A DNA stretch of 32,000 bases, taken from contig VENI01000008.1 of the NCBI GenBank assembly GCA_009711615.1, positions 1-32,000 on the forward strand, given 5' to 3'. How positions within the stretch are numbered: position 1 is the first letter of the stretch; each line of letters starts with the position of its first letter. The stretch is from Bacillota bacterium. GTDB taxonomy: Bacteria; Bacillota; Desulfotomaculia; Desulfotomaculales; Desulfohalotomaculaceae. The notes beneath the pieces are model-generated. The model searched no databases. It was not told the DNA's origin and saw nothing but the letters and a program-made list of their open reading frames with translations. Both the position numbers and the translations under genes were made by a program. Of the stretch, positions 22,150 to 31,730 are shown one piece after another.

Positions 22150-23229
22150 TTAATTAAACATAACCCTGATTCCTTCTTCTGGCACATTGTTTTTTATCAC
22201 TGCATTACCTATTTCTTTTATTAGCGCAAAGGTCAGTGCCCCACCCACAGTTTTCTTGTCTTTATACATGGAAGCAATAATATCATCCTGATGCATACCA
22301 GTAGGAATTTCGGTGGGAAGGCCGGCTTTTTTAATAAAAGATTCTATTCTCCTTACTACTTCTATATCTATTAAATCTAATTCCTGGGCAAGATAGGCCT
22401 CTACTACCATGCCAATGGCCACTGCCTCACCATGGCGATAATTACCATAGCCATTTAGGGTTTCAACAGCATGGCCAATGGTATGTCCATAGTTTAGAAT
22501 AGCCCTCTGCCCCTGCTCGGTTTCATCTTCTTCAACTACCTTTACTTTAATGCCACATGATTTCTCTATTATAAATGCCAGTGAATCCGGTTTCAATTCC
22601 AGCACTTGGTTTATATTTTCTTCCAACCAGCTGAAAAATTTGGCATCTTTAATAATAGCTGCTTTGATCACTTCCGCCAAACCAGATAAAACATCTCGTT
22701 TATCAAGTGTATTAAGGGTATTGGTATCGGCCAACACCAGTTTGGGCTGATAGAAGGCACCAATGATGTTTTTCCCCTGGGGGTGATTAACGGCAACTTT
22801 TCCTCCCACACTGCTATCCACCTGGGAAAGCAACGTAGTGGGGATTTGGATAAAGGGTACACCTCGCATGTAGGTGGCAGCAACAAAGCCAGCCAGGTCA
22901 CCAACCACTCCGCCACCCAGGGCTATCACAGGGCTTTGGCGGTCTAGCCCCGCATCAAACATCACATCATACAATTTTTCCGCTTGCAGCAGTGATTTAG
23001 CTTCTTCCCCGTCGGGCACTTCGGCCGCTGTCACCTTGAAACCAGCCTCCCGAAGCGACCGCTGTACCGTTTCACCGTACAGGTTCATTACGGTGGGGTT
23101 TGATACCAACAGGACTTTCTTGCCCAATTTTAGTTCCTGTACATACTGCCCCGTTTTCTCAATTAAACCACCGCTAATAACAATATCATAACTTCTGCCA
23201 CTCAGGTTTACCGGCAGGACATTTTTCAA
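22150..23229 (-). CDS. aroB: 3-dehydroquinate synthase
   Basis: 359 aa. GGGVVGDLAGFVAATYMRGVPFIQIPTTLL and HGEAVAIGM are typical AroB motifs. Confidence 0.92.
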   Translation of the reverse strand: MKNVLPVNLSGRSYDIVISGGLIEKTGQYVQELKLGKKVLLVSNPTVMNLYGETVQRSLREAGFKVTAAEVPDGEEAKSLLQAEKLYDVMFDAGLDRQSPVIALGGGVVGDLAGFVAATYMRGVPFIQIPTTLLSQVDSSVGGKVAVNHPQGKNIIGAFYQPKLVLADTNTLNTLDKRDVLSGLAEVIKAAIIKDAKFFSWLEENINQVLELKPDSLAFIIEKSCGIKVKVVEEDETEQGQRAILNYGHTIGHAVETLNGYGNYRHGEAVAIGMVVEAYLAQELDLIDIEVVRRIESFIKKAGLPTEIPTGMHQDDIIASMYKDKKTVGGALTFALIKEIGNAVIKNNVPEEGIRVMFN

Positions 23230-23744
23230 GATAGATACTTCCCTTCTTTTAAGAAGTTAATTATTTCTTTAACAACTTCTTCTACATTGTAATCTCCTGT
23301 ATCAATGGCCAGGTCTGCCACGTCATATGCCCCTGTTCTTTCCTCCAACAGTTCGTTAATCCGTTGTTTTAAATTACCCCGGTTTAAAAGGGGGCGATTG
23401 CGCCTACCCTTTACTCTTTTATGTATAACTTCCGGTGATGCGAATAGATGAATAAGCACCCCGTCCTTTTGCAGCAGTTCCACATTTTCTTCATCCAGTA
23501 CTATGCCGCCGCCAGTAGAAATAACCAAGTTTTGCTTACCCGCTAACTTTTTTAACAGGATTTTCTCCTCCGATCGAAAACGAAAGGGGCCGTCCTTGGC
23601 AAAGATTTGCTCCACCGTCCTATTGGTAACCTTTTCTATTTCAGAGTCAGTATCAATATGTTTTAGCTTGAGTTTCGAGGCCAGCCTCCTGCCCACTGCA
23701 CTTTTGCCACATCCCATAAAACCTATCAGTACAATATTACGCAT
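23226..23744 (-). CDS. aroK: Shikimate kinase
   Basis: 172 aa with P-loop GFMGCGKSAVGRRLA, plus DTD and STGGG motifs. Confidence 0.9.
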   Translation of the reverse strand: MRNIVLIGFMGCGKSAVGRRLASKLKLKHIDTDSEIEKVTNRTVEQIFAKDGPFRFRSEEKILLKKLAGKQNLVISTGGGIVLDEENVELLQKDGVLIHLFASPEVIHKRVKGRRNRPLLNRGNLKQRINELLEERTGAYDVADLAIDTGDYNVEEVVKEIINFLKEGKYLS

Positions 23745-23746
23745 AA

Positions 23747-24901
23747 CTACACCTGCCTAACATATTCGCGGTAACGCTCCACTGCATGTTGCAGTTCTTG
23801 CATATTGTCACTGGGGAACTTCTCCAGCAAAGCTGTGGCCAGTTCCCAAGCCACCACTGCTTCACCTACCACAGTTGCTGCCGGCACGGCACAAACATCG
23901 GAACGTTCCACAGAAGCCTCAAACGGCTGCTTGGTATGTAGGTCTACACTTTTTAACGGTTTATATAAGGTAGGAATTGGCTTCATGGCCGCCCGGACAA
24001 TTAACGGTTGCCCATTGGTCATACCGCCCTCAATACCTCCGGCACCGTTAGTTTGGCGATAAAAACCATGGTCTTTGTGGTGGAGTATTTCATCGTGCAC
24101 CTGAGAGCCGTAGGATTTTGCAGCATCAAAGCCCGCACCCACTTCTACGCCTTTCATTGCCTGAATACTCATTAGCGCCCCGGCAAGCCTACCATCCAGC
24201 TTTCGGTGGTAATGAACATGACTGCCTAAGCCCACCGGCAGGTTATAAGCACGGATTTCAAAAATCCCCCCCAATGAATCTCCTTCTTGTTTGCAGCGAT
24301 CAATCTCCTTAATCATCCGCTCTTCTGCCTCAGGGTCGGGGCACTGCAGTTGGGATTGCTCTAATCTTTGCTCCACTTCATTTAACTGATATTCTTTTTT
24401 TATTTCCACAGATCCAATCTGCTTAACAAACCCTATTATCTTTACATCAATTTGTTCCAACAATTGCCGGGCAATAGTTCCCACCGCCACTCGGGTTGCG
24501 GTCTCTCTAGCACTGGCCCGCTCCAGCACATTGCGCATGTCATGATGTCGGTACTTAATGGCACCGATTAAGTCTGCATGCCCTGGCCTGGGGCGGGTTA
24601 CCATCTTCTTTGATAATTCTGCTTCTACACCGGGAGACATAACTTCTTCCCAATTGGCATAATCTTTGTTCTCAATCATTAATGATACAGGGCTACCCAA
24701 TGTAAGCCCACCTCGGATACCCCCCAAAAACTGCACTTTATCTTTTTCTATTTTCATACGGCCACCCCGACCATAGCCTCCTTGGCGTCTAACCAGTTGT
24801 TGGTTTATGTAATCCTCTGTTATTGGCAGTCCTGAAGGCAGACCTTCCACAATGGCCGTTAAGGCCGGGCCGTGTGACTCTCCTGCAGTTAAATATCTCA
24901 C
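23747..24901 (-). CDS. aroC: Chorismate synthase
   Basis: [20 protein letters not shown] and [11 protein letters not shown] motifs; 384 aa. Confidence 0.95.
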   Translation of the reverse strand: MRYLTAGESHGPALTAIVEGLPSGLPITEDYINQQLVRRQGGYGRGGRMKIEKDKVQFLGGIRGGLTLGSPVSLMIENKDYANWEEVMSPGVEAELSKKMVTRPRPGHADLIGAIKYRHHDMRNVLERASARETATRVAVGTIARQLLEQIDVKIIGFVKQIGSVEIKKEYQLNEVEQRLEQSQLQCPDPEAEERMIKEIDRCKQEGDSLGGIFEIRAYNLPVGLGSHVHYHRKLDGRLAGALMSIQAMKGVEVGAGFDAAKSYGSQVHDEILHHKDHGFYRQTNGAGGIEGGMTNGQPLIVRAAMKPIPTLYKPLKSVDLHTKQPFEASVERSDVCAVPAATVVGEAVVAWELATALLEKFPSDNMQELQHAVERYREYVRQV

Positions 24902-25764
24902 TGTTTATCTCCTCTCATCTGGTTCATTAGTACCTCTCGCATAATCTGAACTGGGGCATCGCTGCCAGTCCACTGTTCAAAGGCCAGTACCCCCTGGTAA
25001 AGAAGCATGCCCAAGCCATTTGCCGTCACTGCCCCATTGGCCCGGGCCATTTTTAAAAACTTTGTCTCCACAGGGTTATAGACTAAATCGCAAACCACCT
25101 GCCCCGGGGAAAAAGCATCCGGGGATACAGGTAAACATTTCTCTGTGTCCGGGTACATACCAACATTGGTTGCCTGCACCACCAAATCTGAATTGGCAAT
25201 GATATCAACTAGATTATCTTCCCAATTGCATACGGCATGATTAACTCCCAACCTTCCCGCTTTTTGAGCAATATCCTGGGCCCGGTCATTGGTACGGTTA
25301 ATTACTTTAATTTCCATTAACCCTTCTAATGCCAGTTGCACCGCCACCGCCTTGGCAGCCCCACCGGCACCTAAAATTACTGCCTTTTTCCCTTGGACAG
25401 TAAAACCCGGTTCCTGCTGCAGCGCTTTGGTGAATCCTTGGCCATCTGTATTATCACCAATTAGCTTGCCATTATTGTTAGAGATAACATTTACCGCTCC
25501 AATCATCTCAGCGGCAGTGGTTAGTTCGTCTAAATAAGGAAGCACTGCTTCTTTGTGGGGAACAGTAACGTTTACCCCGGCCAAATCAAGTGCCCTTATG
25601 GAATTAACTGCCACTGATAAATTATCCGGTTTAACCGCAAATGGCAGATAAGCCCAGTCTAATCCTAATTCCCTAAAAGCAGCATTATGCATCATTGGAG
25701 AGAAAGAATGCTCCACCGGAAAACCAAATAAACCACACAGTGTGGTTCTACCCGTTATATTCAT
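24898..25764 (-). CDS. aroE: Shikimate 5-dehydrogenase
   Basis: [19 protein letters not shown] and GAGGAAKAV motifs; 288 aa; 4-nt overlap with aroC. Confidence 0.9.
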   Translation of the reverse strand: MNITGRTTLCGLFGFPVEHSFSPMMHNAAFRELGLDWAYLPFAVKPDNLSVAVNSIRALDLAGVNVTVPHKEAVLPYLDELTTAAEMIGAVNVISNNNGKLIGDNTDGQGFTKALQQEPGFTVQGKKAVILGAGGAAKAVAVQLALEGLMEIKVINRTNDRAQDIAQKAGRLGVNHAVCNWEDNLVDIIANSDLVVQATNVGMYPDTEKCLPVSPDAFSPGQVVCDLVYNPVETKFLKMARANGAVTANGLGMLLYQGVLAFEQWTGSDAPVQIMREVLMNQMRGDKQ

Positions 25765-25802
25765 AACCTACACTCCAAAAACTATGTTTTTATGGTTTTT
25801 TA

Positions 25803-26342
25803 TTATCTTTTTGACTCCTGGCTCCTGACTCTTAATTCCTGATTTCCAATCAACCTGTGCTTAATTTGGCGTAGTACCATTTTTTCTAACTGACGGTTTA
25901 TCCTAGTGCCAAAAAATTCTTTCTTGCTTATGGGCACCACTAAAATGGTATACATACCCAACCGTTTGGCGCCTAAAACATCGGTAAAAACTTGGTCACC
26001 TACCATGGCCATTTCTTCTGGTCTTACATCTAAAAGCCGCATGGCCTTAATGAAAGCCCGGCGGCGTGGTTTTGACGCCTTATGTATTCCCGGTATGGAA
26101 AGCAGTCCACTTAATTCCGAAACCCGCTCTTCGGTGTTATTGCTGACAATACAGGTTTTAAAACCCTCTTTCTGTAGTTTTGCAAACCACCCTAACATTT
26201 CGTCTTCCAGCTTGCTACAGCCCCAAGGAACAATGGTATTATCCAAATCAAAAACAATAGCTTTAATGCCAGATTTTTTAAGTTTACCGGTATCTATGTT
26301 AAACAAATTACTTACATACATATCCGGGTGTAAAAAACGCAT
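25803..26342 (-). CDS. yqeG: YqeG-family HAD phosphatase
   Basis: FDLDNTIVPW, IVSNN and GDQVFTDVLGAKRLGMYTILV resemble B. subtilis YqeG. yqeG-aroE adjacency is conserved in Firmicutes. AGGAGG SD. Confidence 0.8.
   Translation of the reverse strand: MRFLHPDMYVSNLFNIDTGKLKKSGIKAIVFDLDNTIVPWGCSKLEDEMLGWFAKLQKEGFKTCIVSNNTEERVSELSGLLSIPGIHKASKPRRRAFIKAMRLLDVRPEEMAMVGDQVFTDVLGAKRLGMYTILVVPISKKEFFGTRINRQLEKMVLRQIKHRLIGNQELRVRSQESKR
25809..25850 (-). repeat. Heptamer array, copy B: TTTTGAC TCCTGGC TCCTGAC TCTTAAT TCCTGAT TTCCAAT (plus-strand reading)
   Basis: Six tandem 7-nt units covering the last roughly 16 codons of the yqeG-like ORF, about 45 nt upstream of the aroE start. Confidence 0.6.
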
Positions 26343-26418
26343 TTAATTATGCCTCCTAGTGTCTGTCTATTAATTTTTGTCACTATACTCAGAAGACTTC
26401 TGAGACGATAAATTTCCT

Positions 26419-27033
26419 TTATTCTGAATCCTGACTACTGACTTCTGACTCCTTAAAAATTCTTTTTGCCATGGCCAGTTCTTTGGGAGTATTAACGTTA
26501 TAAAACACCCGTTCCAAGTCTGCCACTTGACTAATCTCTTCTTCTTTTACATATTTTACCTTCACCGATGAAAAAAAGTCAATTATCCGCAATTTTTTCT
26601 TTTCCATACAGCGTTCAATATGTTTAATACAGGACTTAGAGTAAACTGCAAAAAGTGGTTCAAAATAGCCTTCCACCACTGGTATGGCTACATCATAATC
26701 CTTCACTGACTCTATCAAGTAGCGGGCCAAATTTGCCTCTACAAAAGGCATATCACAGGCTACTGCCAACAGTCTGTTGTTTTCAGCATGGGTTAGTGCA
26801 GCGTGAATACCGGAAAGAGGCCCAAACCCAGGATAAATATCCCCAGCCACCCGCACACTAAACCTATGGTATTCGGTGGGGGTGTTGGTAATGATTAAGA
26901 TGTCATTACTGACCTGTTTTAGTTCATCCAATGCGTGATCAATTATACGGCAGTTACGAACTTCCAAGAAGGCTTTGTTAGTACCCATGCGTGAGCTTTT
27001 CCCACCGGCCAGTATGGCTGCAGAAACTGTCAT
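26419..27033 (-). CDS. mobA: Molybdenum cofactor guanylyltransferase
   Basis: AAILAGGKSSRMGTNKAF and the LAVACDMPF motif; 204 aa. Confidence 0.85.
   Translation of the reverse strand: MTVSAAILAGGKSSRMGTNKAFLEVRNCRIIDHALDELKQVSNDILIITNTPTEYHRFSVRVAGDIYPGFGPLSGIHAALTHAENNRLLAVACDMPFVEANLARYLIESVKDYDVAIPVVEGYFEPLFAVYSKSCIKHIERCMEKKKLRIIDFFSSVKVKYVKEEEISQVADLERVFYNVNTPKELAMAKRIFKESEVSSQDSE
26422..26456 (-). repeat. Heptamer array, copy C: TTCTGAA TCCTGAC TACTGAC TTCTGAC TCCTTAA (plus-strand reading)
   Basis: Five tandem 7-nt units covering the last 12 codons of mobA. The element's AATAA supplies the stop codon. An inverted pair CTCAGAA-gac-TTCTGAG lies at 26388..26404. Confidence 0.6.
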
Positions 27034-27134
27034 GATTTTTACCCTCCCAAGACTATTGACATGAGGTAATTACAATACTAATTTTCATCTTTTATAATGG
27101 TTTATCCTGCCGCCCGAAAGTTATTTTCATATAA

Positions 27135-27162
27135 TTACAAAATTTATTCTTTCTGATAGAAT
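27135..27162 (+). promoter_or_regulatory. Candidate sigma-A promoter for the alcohol dehydrogenase gene
   Basis: TTACAA, 16-nt spacer, TAGAAT with an extended -10 TG (TGATAGAAT). Confidence 0.35.
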
Positions 27163-27252
27163 GGGGTAAGATAATTTTGGCACATTTTGCTATTATAGGC
27201 TGTTTAAGAAATGTGTTCCATCTTGAACAGTAATTTTAAGGAGGTTATAAAA

Positions 27253-28359
27253 TTGCATTTTAATTTTCGTTGCCCCACCAGATTATTCTTTGGTATTAAC
27301 TGTATTGTAGAAAACAGTTCTGAACTAGCTGCCCTTGGTAATAAAGGCTTGGTTGTCACCGGCAAAACCTCTTCCAAAAAAAATGGATCCCTTAGGGATA
27401 TAGTTGCCGCTTTTTCTAAAGAAAATATTCAGTACAACATATTTGATGAAGTTGAAGAAAATCCCAGTTTGACTACTGTTTACAACGCTGCGGTAATGGC
27501 TAAAAGAATGGAGGCAGATTTTATTGTTGGCATCGGTGGGGGCTCTCCACTGGATGCAGCCAAGGCAGTGGCGGTTCTTGTCAATAATGATATCAGTGAA
27601 GAAGAATTAATGGCTCGCCGGTGGACAAACACTCCACTGCCCATTGCCGCAATACCCACCACAGCAGGCACCGGCAGCGAGGTTACCCCTTACTCTATCC
27701 TCACTGTGGACGAGGAGGAAACTAAAAAATCCATTGCGGGGGAAGATTTGTTTCCCAAAGTGGCCTTTTTAAACGCCCGCTATACCAGGCACCTGCCTTG
27801 GGATATCACCGTTAACACTGCCGTGGATGCCCTATCCCACAGTATAGAGGCTTATGTTAATAACCAAGCTTCGGTATTTTCTGACTTACTGGCATTAGAG
27901 AGTATTTCTATCATTGGCCGCTTATTGAAAAACTTGGACGAAGATGATATTACCATGGAACAACGGTGGGAACTACTTTATGCCTCCATGCTGGGCGGTG
28001 TTGTCATTGCCCAAACAGCCACCGGTGTGGTTCATGCCCTGGGATACCCGCTAACCTATTTTAAGGGTTTGCCCCACGGCCTTGCTAACGGTGTAATCAC
28101 TAAAGCAAGTTTAGAATTCCTGGCCCAAGGAGATGCCGAAAGAGTAGAAAAAGTAGTTCAGGCTATGGGCTGCAGTAGCTTGGATGAGGTAGGACAGTTG
28201 CTTGAACAGATGTTACCTGCGGTTGATATAAAATTAACTGCAGAGGAACAGGAAATATTTGTAGAAAAAACAATGACCGCAAAGAACATTAATAACTGCC
28301 CCCACAAACCCAAGAAAAAAGACATCTATCAAATTTTAAAAAATAGTAACTTGGTTTAA
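27253..28359 (+). CDS. Iron-containing (group III) alcohol dehydrogenase
   Basis: GIGGGSPLDAAKA and conserved His motifs. The start is moved to the TTG at 27253, which has AAGGAGG 8 nt upstream. The ORF-track ATG at 27211 has no SD. Confidence 0.85.
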   Translation: MHFNFRCPTRLFFGINCIVENSSELAALGNKGLVVTGKTSSKKNGSLRDIVAAFSKENIQYNIFDEVEENPSLTTVYNAAVMAKRMEADFIVGIGGGSPLDAAKAVAVLVNNDISEEELMARRWTNTPLPIAAIPTTAGTGSEVTPYSILTVDEEETKKSIAGEDLFPKVAFLNARYTRHLPWDITVNTAVDALSHSIEAYVNNQASVFSDLLALESISIIGRLLKNLDEDDITMEQRWELLYASMLGGVVIAQTATGVVHALGYPLTYFKGLPHGLANGVITKASLEFLAQGDAERVEKVVQAMGCSSLDEVGQLLEQMLPAVDIKLTAEEQEIFVEKTMTAKNINNCPHKPKKKDIYQILKNSNLV

Positions 28360-28369
28360 GATATTAACA

Positions 28370-28391
28370 AAGCAGCTCTTTAGAGCTGCTT
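28370..28391 (+). terminator. Hairpin after the adh gene; weak or partial terminator
   Basis: AAGCAGCUC-UUUA-GAGCUGCUU, a perfect 9-bp stem, but the trailing AAUUAAA has no U-tract. Confidence 0.35.
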
Positions 28392-28415
28392 AATTAAACC
28401 GCAGGAGTGAAGGCA

Positions 28416-29096
28416 GTGAAAAAGATTCTTGTTGTTGATGATGAACCGGCCATTCGTGATTTGGTGGAAATGGTTTTAACCAGAGAAGGTTACCAGGTTG
28501 CTGTGGCCATGGACGGAGAGAGTGCTATAAGCATAGCAAAATCTTTCAACCCAGATCTAATCATACTGGACTTAATGCTTCCAGATATTAGTGGTCATGA
28601 GGTGTGCAAAAAAGTTAACGCTAATAAAACCACACCGATCATTATGCTCACTGCCAAAAACGACGTGGTGGACAAAGTGTTGGGGTTGGAACTGGGGGCT
28701 GATGACTATATCACTAAGCCCTTTGATGCTCGGGAACTTCTAGCCCGCATCAAGGCTTTATCCCGGCGATTGGGCAGTAAAAAAAGTACCGATGAAAATG
28801 TTATCCGTCGTCAAGAATTGGAGATAAATACCACTAACAAAACTGTCACTAAGAATAATCAGGCACTTAATTTAACTCCCCGGGAATTTCAGTTGCTTGA
28901 AGTATTGGCCAGAAATCCCCGGCGGGTATTTAGTCGGGATGACTTAATGTCTTTGGCGTGGGGTTATGAATATGCCGGCGACAGTCGGTCGGTGGACATT
29001 CATATTACCCGGTTACGTAAAAAAATTGAGGATGACACCACCAACCCCAAACACATTGTCACTGTATACGGGTTTGGCTACCGATTTGGAGGTTAG
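28416..29096 (+). CDS. OmpR/PhoB-family response regulator
   Basis: ILVVDDEP...DLIILDLMLPD...TAK receiver domain plus a winged-helix domain (LTPREFQLLEVL...YGFGYRF). The GTG at 28416 has AGGAG 8 nt upstream. The ORF-track GTG at 28407 overlaps the SD itself. Confidence 0.9.
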   Translation: MKKILVVDDEPAIRDLVEMVLTREGYQVAVAMDGESAISIAKSFNPDLIILDLMLPDISGHEVCKKVNANKTTPIIMLTAKNDVVDKVLGLELGADDYITKPFDARELLARIKALSRRLGSKKSTDENVIRRQELEINTTNKTVTKNNQALNLTPREFQLLEVLARNPRRVFSRDDLMSLAWGYEYAGDSRSVDIHITRLRKKIEDDTTNPKHIVTVYGFGYRFGG

Positions 29097-29099
29097 TAA

Positions 29100-30488
29100 A
29101 TGAAGTTTGGCACCCGGTTAATAGTATATTATTTAACTGCTGCCCTGCTTTCCATGCTACTGGTGGGGTTGGCCGTCATTAATGGCATTGAATATTACGG
29201 CATGCAGACAGTGGAACAACAGTTAATAAAACAAAGCGAGTCTGCCACTGTATATGTCACTCAAACTCTACTACTGGAAAAATCCGAGGCCCAAGGCTTA
29301 AAACAAAATGCTGGAGAAATAACTAATAACCTCAGTGCCGGTAATCGTATTGTTAGAATTTATGACCAGAACATAAAGCTTATTAGTGGATCAGTGGATG
29401 GTATTGAACAAACCAAATCTCAAATAACAGGGCCCAAAGATGCCCTTTTTGAAGCTATAAAAGGTAATTACGCCTATGTAGTTAACAGTAATAATGTTTA
29501 TTTTGCCGCTCCCATTGAACTAAAAGAGGTAAATATTGGGGTTCTAGAATTTGTATATTCCCTTGACTTCTTAAGTCAAATACAGCAGGTAACCACCCGA
29601 ATAATAACTGCTGGGGCAACAGCCTTTGGGCTGCTGATTACTTTATTAAGTATATATATTTCACGGGTGATGGTAAAACCTATTAAAAAACTAGTAACAG
29701 CAACCACCAGATTTGCCAGGCAAGACTTCACCCCAATCAAAATAAATCGTTCTGACGAACTTGGTCAGTTAAGTGTAGGTTTTAATCAGATGGGAGCCCA
29801 ATTGCAAGATTACATTCAAAGACAAAGACAATTCGTATCTAACGTTTCCCATGAATTACGAACCCCACTAACGGCCATCAAAGGATATTCTGAGTACTTA
29901 ATTGATGAGGTAGAAAATCGACCTGATTTACAAAAGGCGGTTTATCATTTAAACAATGAATCTGCCCGCCTCACAAAATTGGTTAACGAGTTACTGCTGT
30001 TATCTAGTCTTGATGCTCAACGGGAAGAGTTTGTGTTTACTAAAATAAATTTAACAGAATTAACAGCAGAATCAATAGCTAAAATGCAAATACAAGCAGA
30101 TAAATATGAAGTAGTAGTAAATAAAGATTTACAGCCAAATATTCATATACAAGGTGACAGTGAAAAATTAACACAGGCATTTATTAATCTACTGGGTAAT
30201 GCCATAAAATATTCCCCTGCAGGTGGTCTAGTAAAAGTAGCATTAACTAAACATGAACAGCAAGCACTAATCACTATAACAGATCAGGGGCCAGGTATTC
30301 CAGCCGAAGATATCAATAAAGTGTTTGACCGCTTTTACCGGGCCAAAAACGCTAAGGCTGTAGGTGGCACAGGTCTGGGGTTAGCGATTACAAAAGAAAT
30401 TGTAACAAAACACAAAGGTAGCATACAACTATCACCCCAAAACGAGGTGGGGACTGTAGTAAAAGTGCTGCTGCCCCTCTTAGAGTAA
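29100..30488 (+). CDS. Sensor histidine kinase (two TM helices, HAMP, HisKA, HATPase_c)
   Basis: H-box SHELRTPLTAIKGY, N-box LGNAIKYSP and G-boxes DQGPGI / GGTGLGLAI. Confidence 0.9.
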   Translation: MKFGTRLIVYYLTAALLSMLLVGLAVINGIEYYGMQTVEQQLIKQSESATVYVTQTLLLEKSEAQGLKQNAGEITNNLSAGNRIVRIYDQNIKLISGSVDGIEQTKSQITGPKDALFEAIKGNYAYVVNSNNVYFAAPIELKEVNIGVLEFVYSLDFLSQIQQVTTRIITAGATAFGLLITLLSIYISRVMVKPIKKLVTATTRFARQDFTPIKINRSDELGQLSVGFNQMGAQLQDYIQRQRQFVSNVSHELRTPLTAIKGYSEYLIDEVENRPDLQKAVYHLNNESARLTKLVNELLLLSSLDAQREEFVFTKINLTELTAESIAKMQIQADKYEVVVNKDLQPNIHIQGDSEKLTQAFINLLGNAIKYSPAGGLVKVALTKHEQQALITITDQGPGIPAEDINKVFDRFYRAKNAKAVGGTGLGLAITKEIVTKHKGSIQLSPQNEVGTVVKVLLPLLE

Positions 30489-30497
30489 GTGTAACAA

Positions 30498-30529
30498 CTT
30501 TGAAACATTACTGCAGTAGCTTTGAAACA
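30498..30529 (+). promoter_or_regulatory. Two exact 10-bp direct repeats CTTTGAAACA spaced 22 bp apart; candidate response-regulator binding site
   Basis: Repeats at 30498..30507 and 30520..30529. A TACAAT -10-like hexamer lies at 30539..30544, with a poor -35 overlapped by the second repeat. Confidence 0.35.
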
Positions 30530-30582
30530 GCTCCTTGTTACAATCTTATTAAGGGTAAACCAAAAACAACAAGGAGGTAATT

Positions 30583-31698
30583 ATGATGAAAAAAATACTA
30601 ACCCTCATCTTAGTCGTTATGTTAATGGCGGCATTAACCGCCTGTGGCACGGAAAAGACGGATGACGATGTAAAAGTTTTACCAAAGGAAAAGGACAATG
30701 AATTAAAAGTACTAGAGGTCGATGAACTGCACAATGGTAGGGCCAATGATATTAGTAGCGACGGTAAAAAAATATTATTTTCCTGGGATGAAGATAAAGA
30801 GGACCCAGAACCGCGGGATGAAATGGGACCACCTAGTCACCTTTACACCTTAAATTTAGATGACCTTTCATTAACTAAGATGAGTAATGCAGAGTATTTC
30901 CAAAGCTTTGCCAATTACTCGCCTGATGGTGAAAAAATAGTCTTTTTAGAAGGTGTTGAAGGTATTTTCACACCATATATTATGGACAACAAACCCAATG
31001 CGGAAAAGAAAAGCATTTTACAAAAGGATCACCCCTTTGCAAGCCCAAATATTTCTTGGTCTCCTGATGGTAATTTGTTTGCCCTGATAACTTGGGGAGG
31101 AGCGAACCAAATAATAGGGCTATACGATCAACAAGGTAATTTACAGAAATCTATTAAATCTGAAAAGAATCAATCTTTAATGAATGTTACTTTTTATGAT
31201 AATGAAAACATAATATATTTTGTCGGTGATGTTACGGGGAAAACTCCAAACCACATTGCAGTAAAAAACATTAATGATAAAGAACCAGCCCAAAAAATTG
31301 TTAATGCACTGGGAACCTATGCCATATCCCCTGACAAACAGCGGTTGGCTTACATCCAGAATTCTGATCCTAATAGTGATGCTCCAAACATCCTCAAAAT
31401 AGATGCCTTAGGGACAGACTTTAATACCGGTTCTACATTAACAGAAGTTGAGGTGGGACACACTGTAAAAATGGCTTGGTCCCCAAATAGTAAATACTTG
31501 GTATATTCCGATAATGATAAAATCTGGGCTCTTAACCCGGAAACCAATGACAAGAAACAATTGATTTCAAATATGTATGTTATCACCAACGTAATGTGGC
31601 TTAATAATGAAGAAGTAATTTTTAACGGCATCCCCAACGAAGATAAAAAGGGAGATTTTTCAGAAACAATAAAAATGTACCGCATCAAACTTAAATAA
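30583..31698 (+). CDS. Lipoprotein with TolB-like (PD40/WD40-like) beta-propeller repeats
   Basis: Lipobox MLMAALTAC|G. Recurring YSPDGEKIVF, WSPDGNLFA, ISPDKQRLAY and WSPNSKYLVY repeats. AAGGAGG SD. Confidence 0.65.
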   Translation: MMKKILTLILVVMLMAALTACGTEKTDDDVKVLPKEKDNELKVLEVDELHNGRANDISSDGKKILFSWDEDKEDPEPRDEMGPPSHLYTLNLDDLSLTKMSNAEYFQSFANYSPDGEKIVFLEGVEGIFTPYIMDNKPNAEKKSILQKDHPFASPNISWSPDGNLFALITWGGANQIIGLYDQQGNLQKSIKSEKNQSLMNVTFYDNENIIYFVGDVTGKTPNHIAVKNINDKEPAQKIVNALGTYAISPDKQRLAYIQNSDPNSDAPNILKIDALGTDFNTGSTLTEVEVGHTVKMAWSPNSKYLVYSDNDKIWALNPETNDKKQLISNMYVITNVMWLNNEEVIFNGIPNEDKKGDFSETIKMYRIKLK

Positions 31699-31730
31699 GC
31701 ATAACAATAACCTTTCACGTTTTACCTAAT

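Noticed and set aside
22160-22185. CCTGATTCCTTCTTCTGG at the aroB 3' end considered as a fourth heptamer-array copy.
   Set aside because: Only two imperfect units are present, with no TTAA-type terminal unit. This is compatible with chance inside coding sequence.
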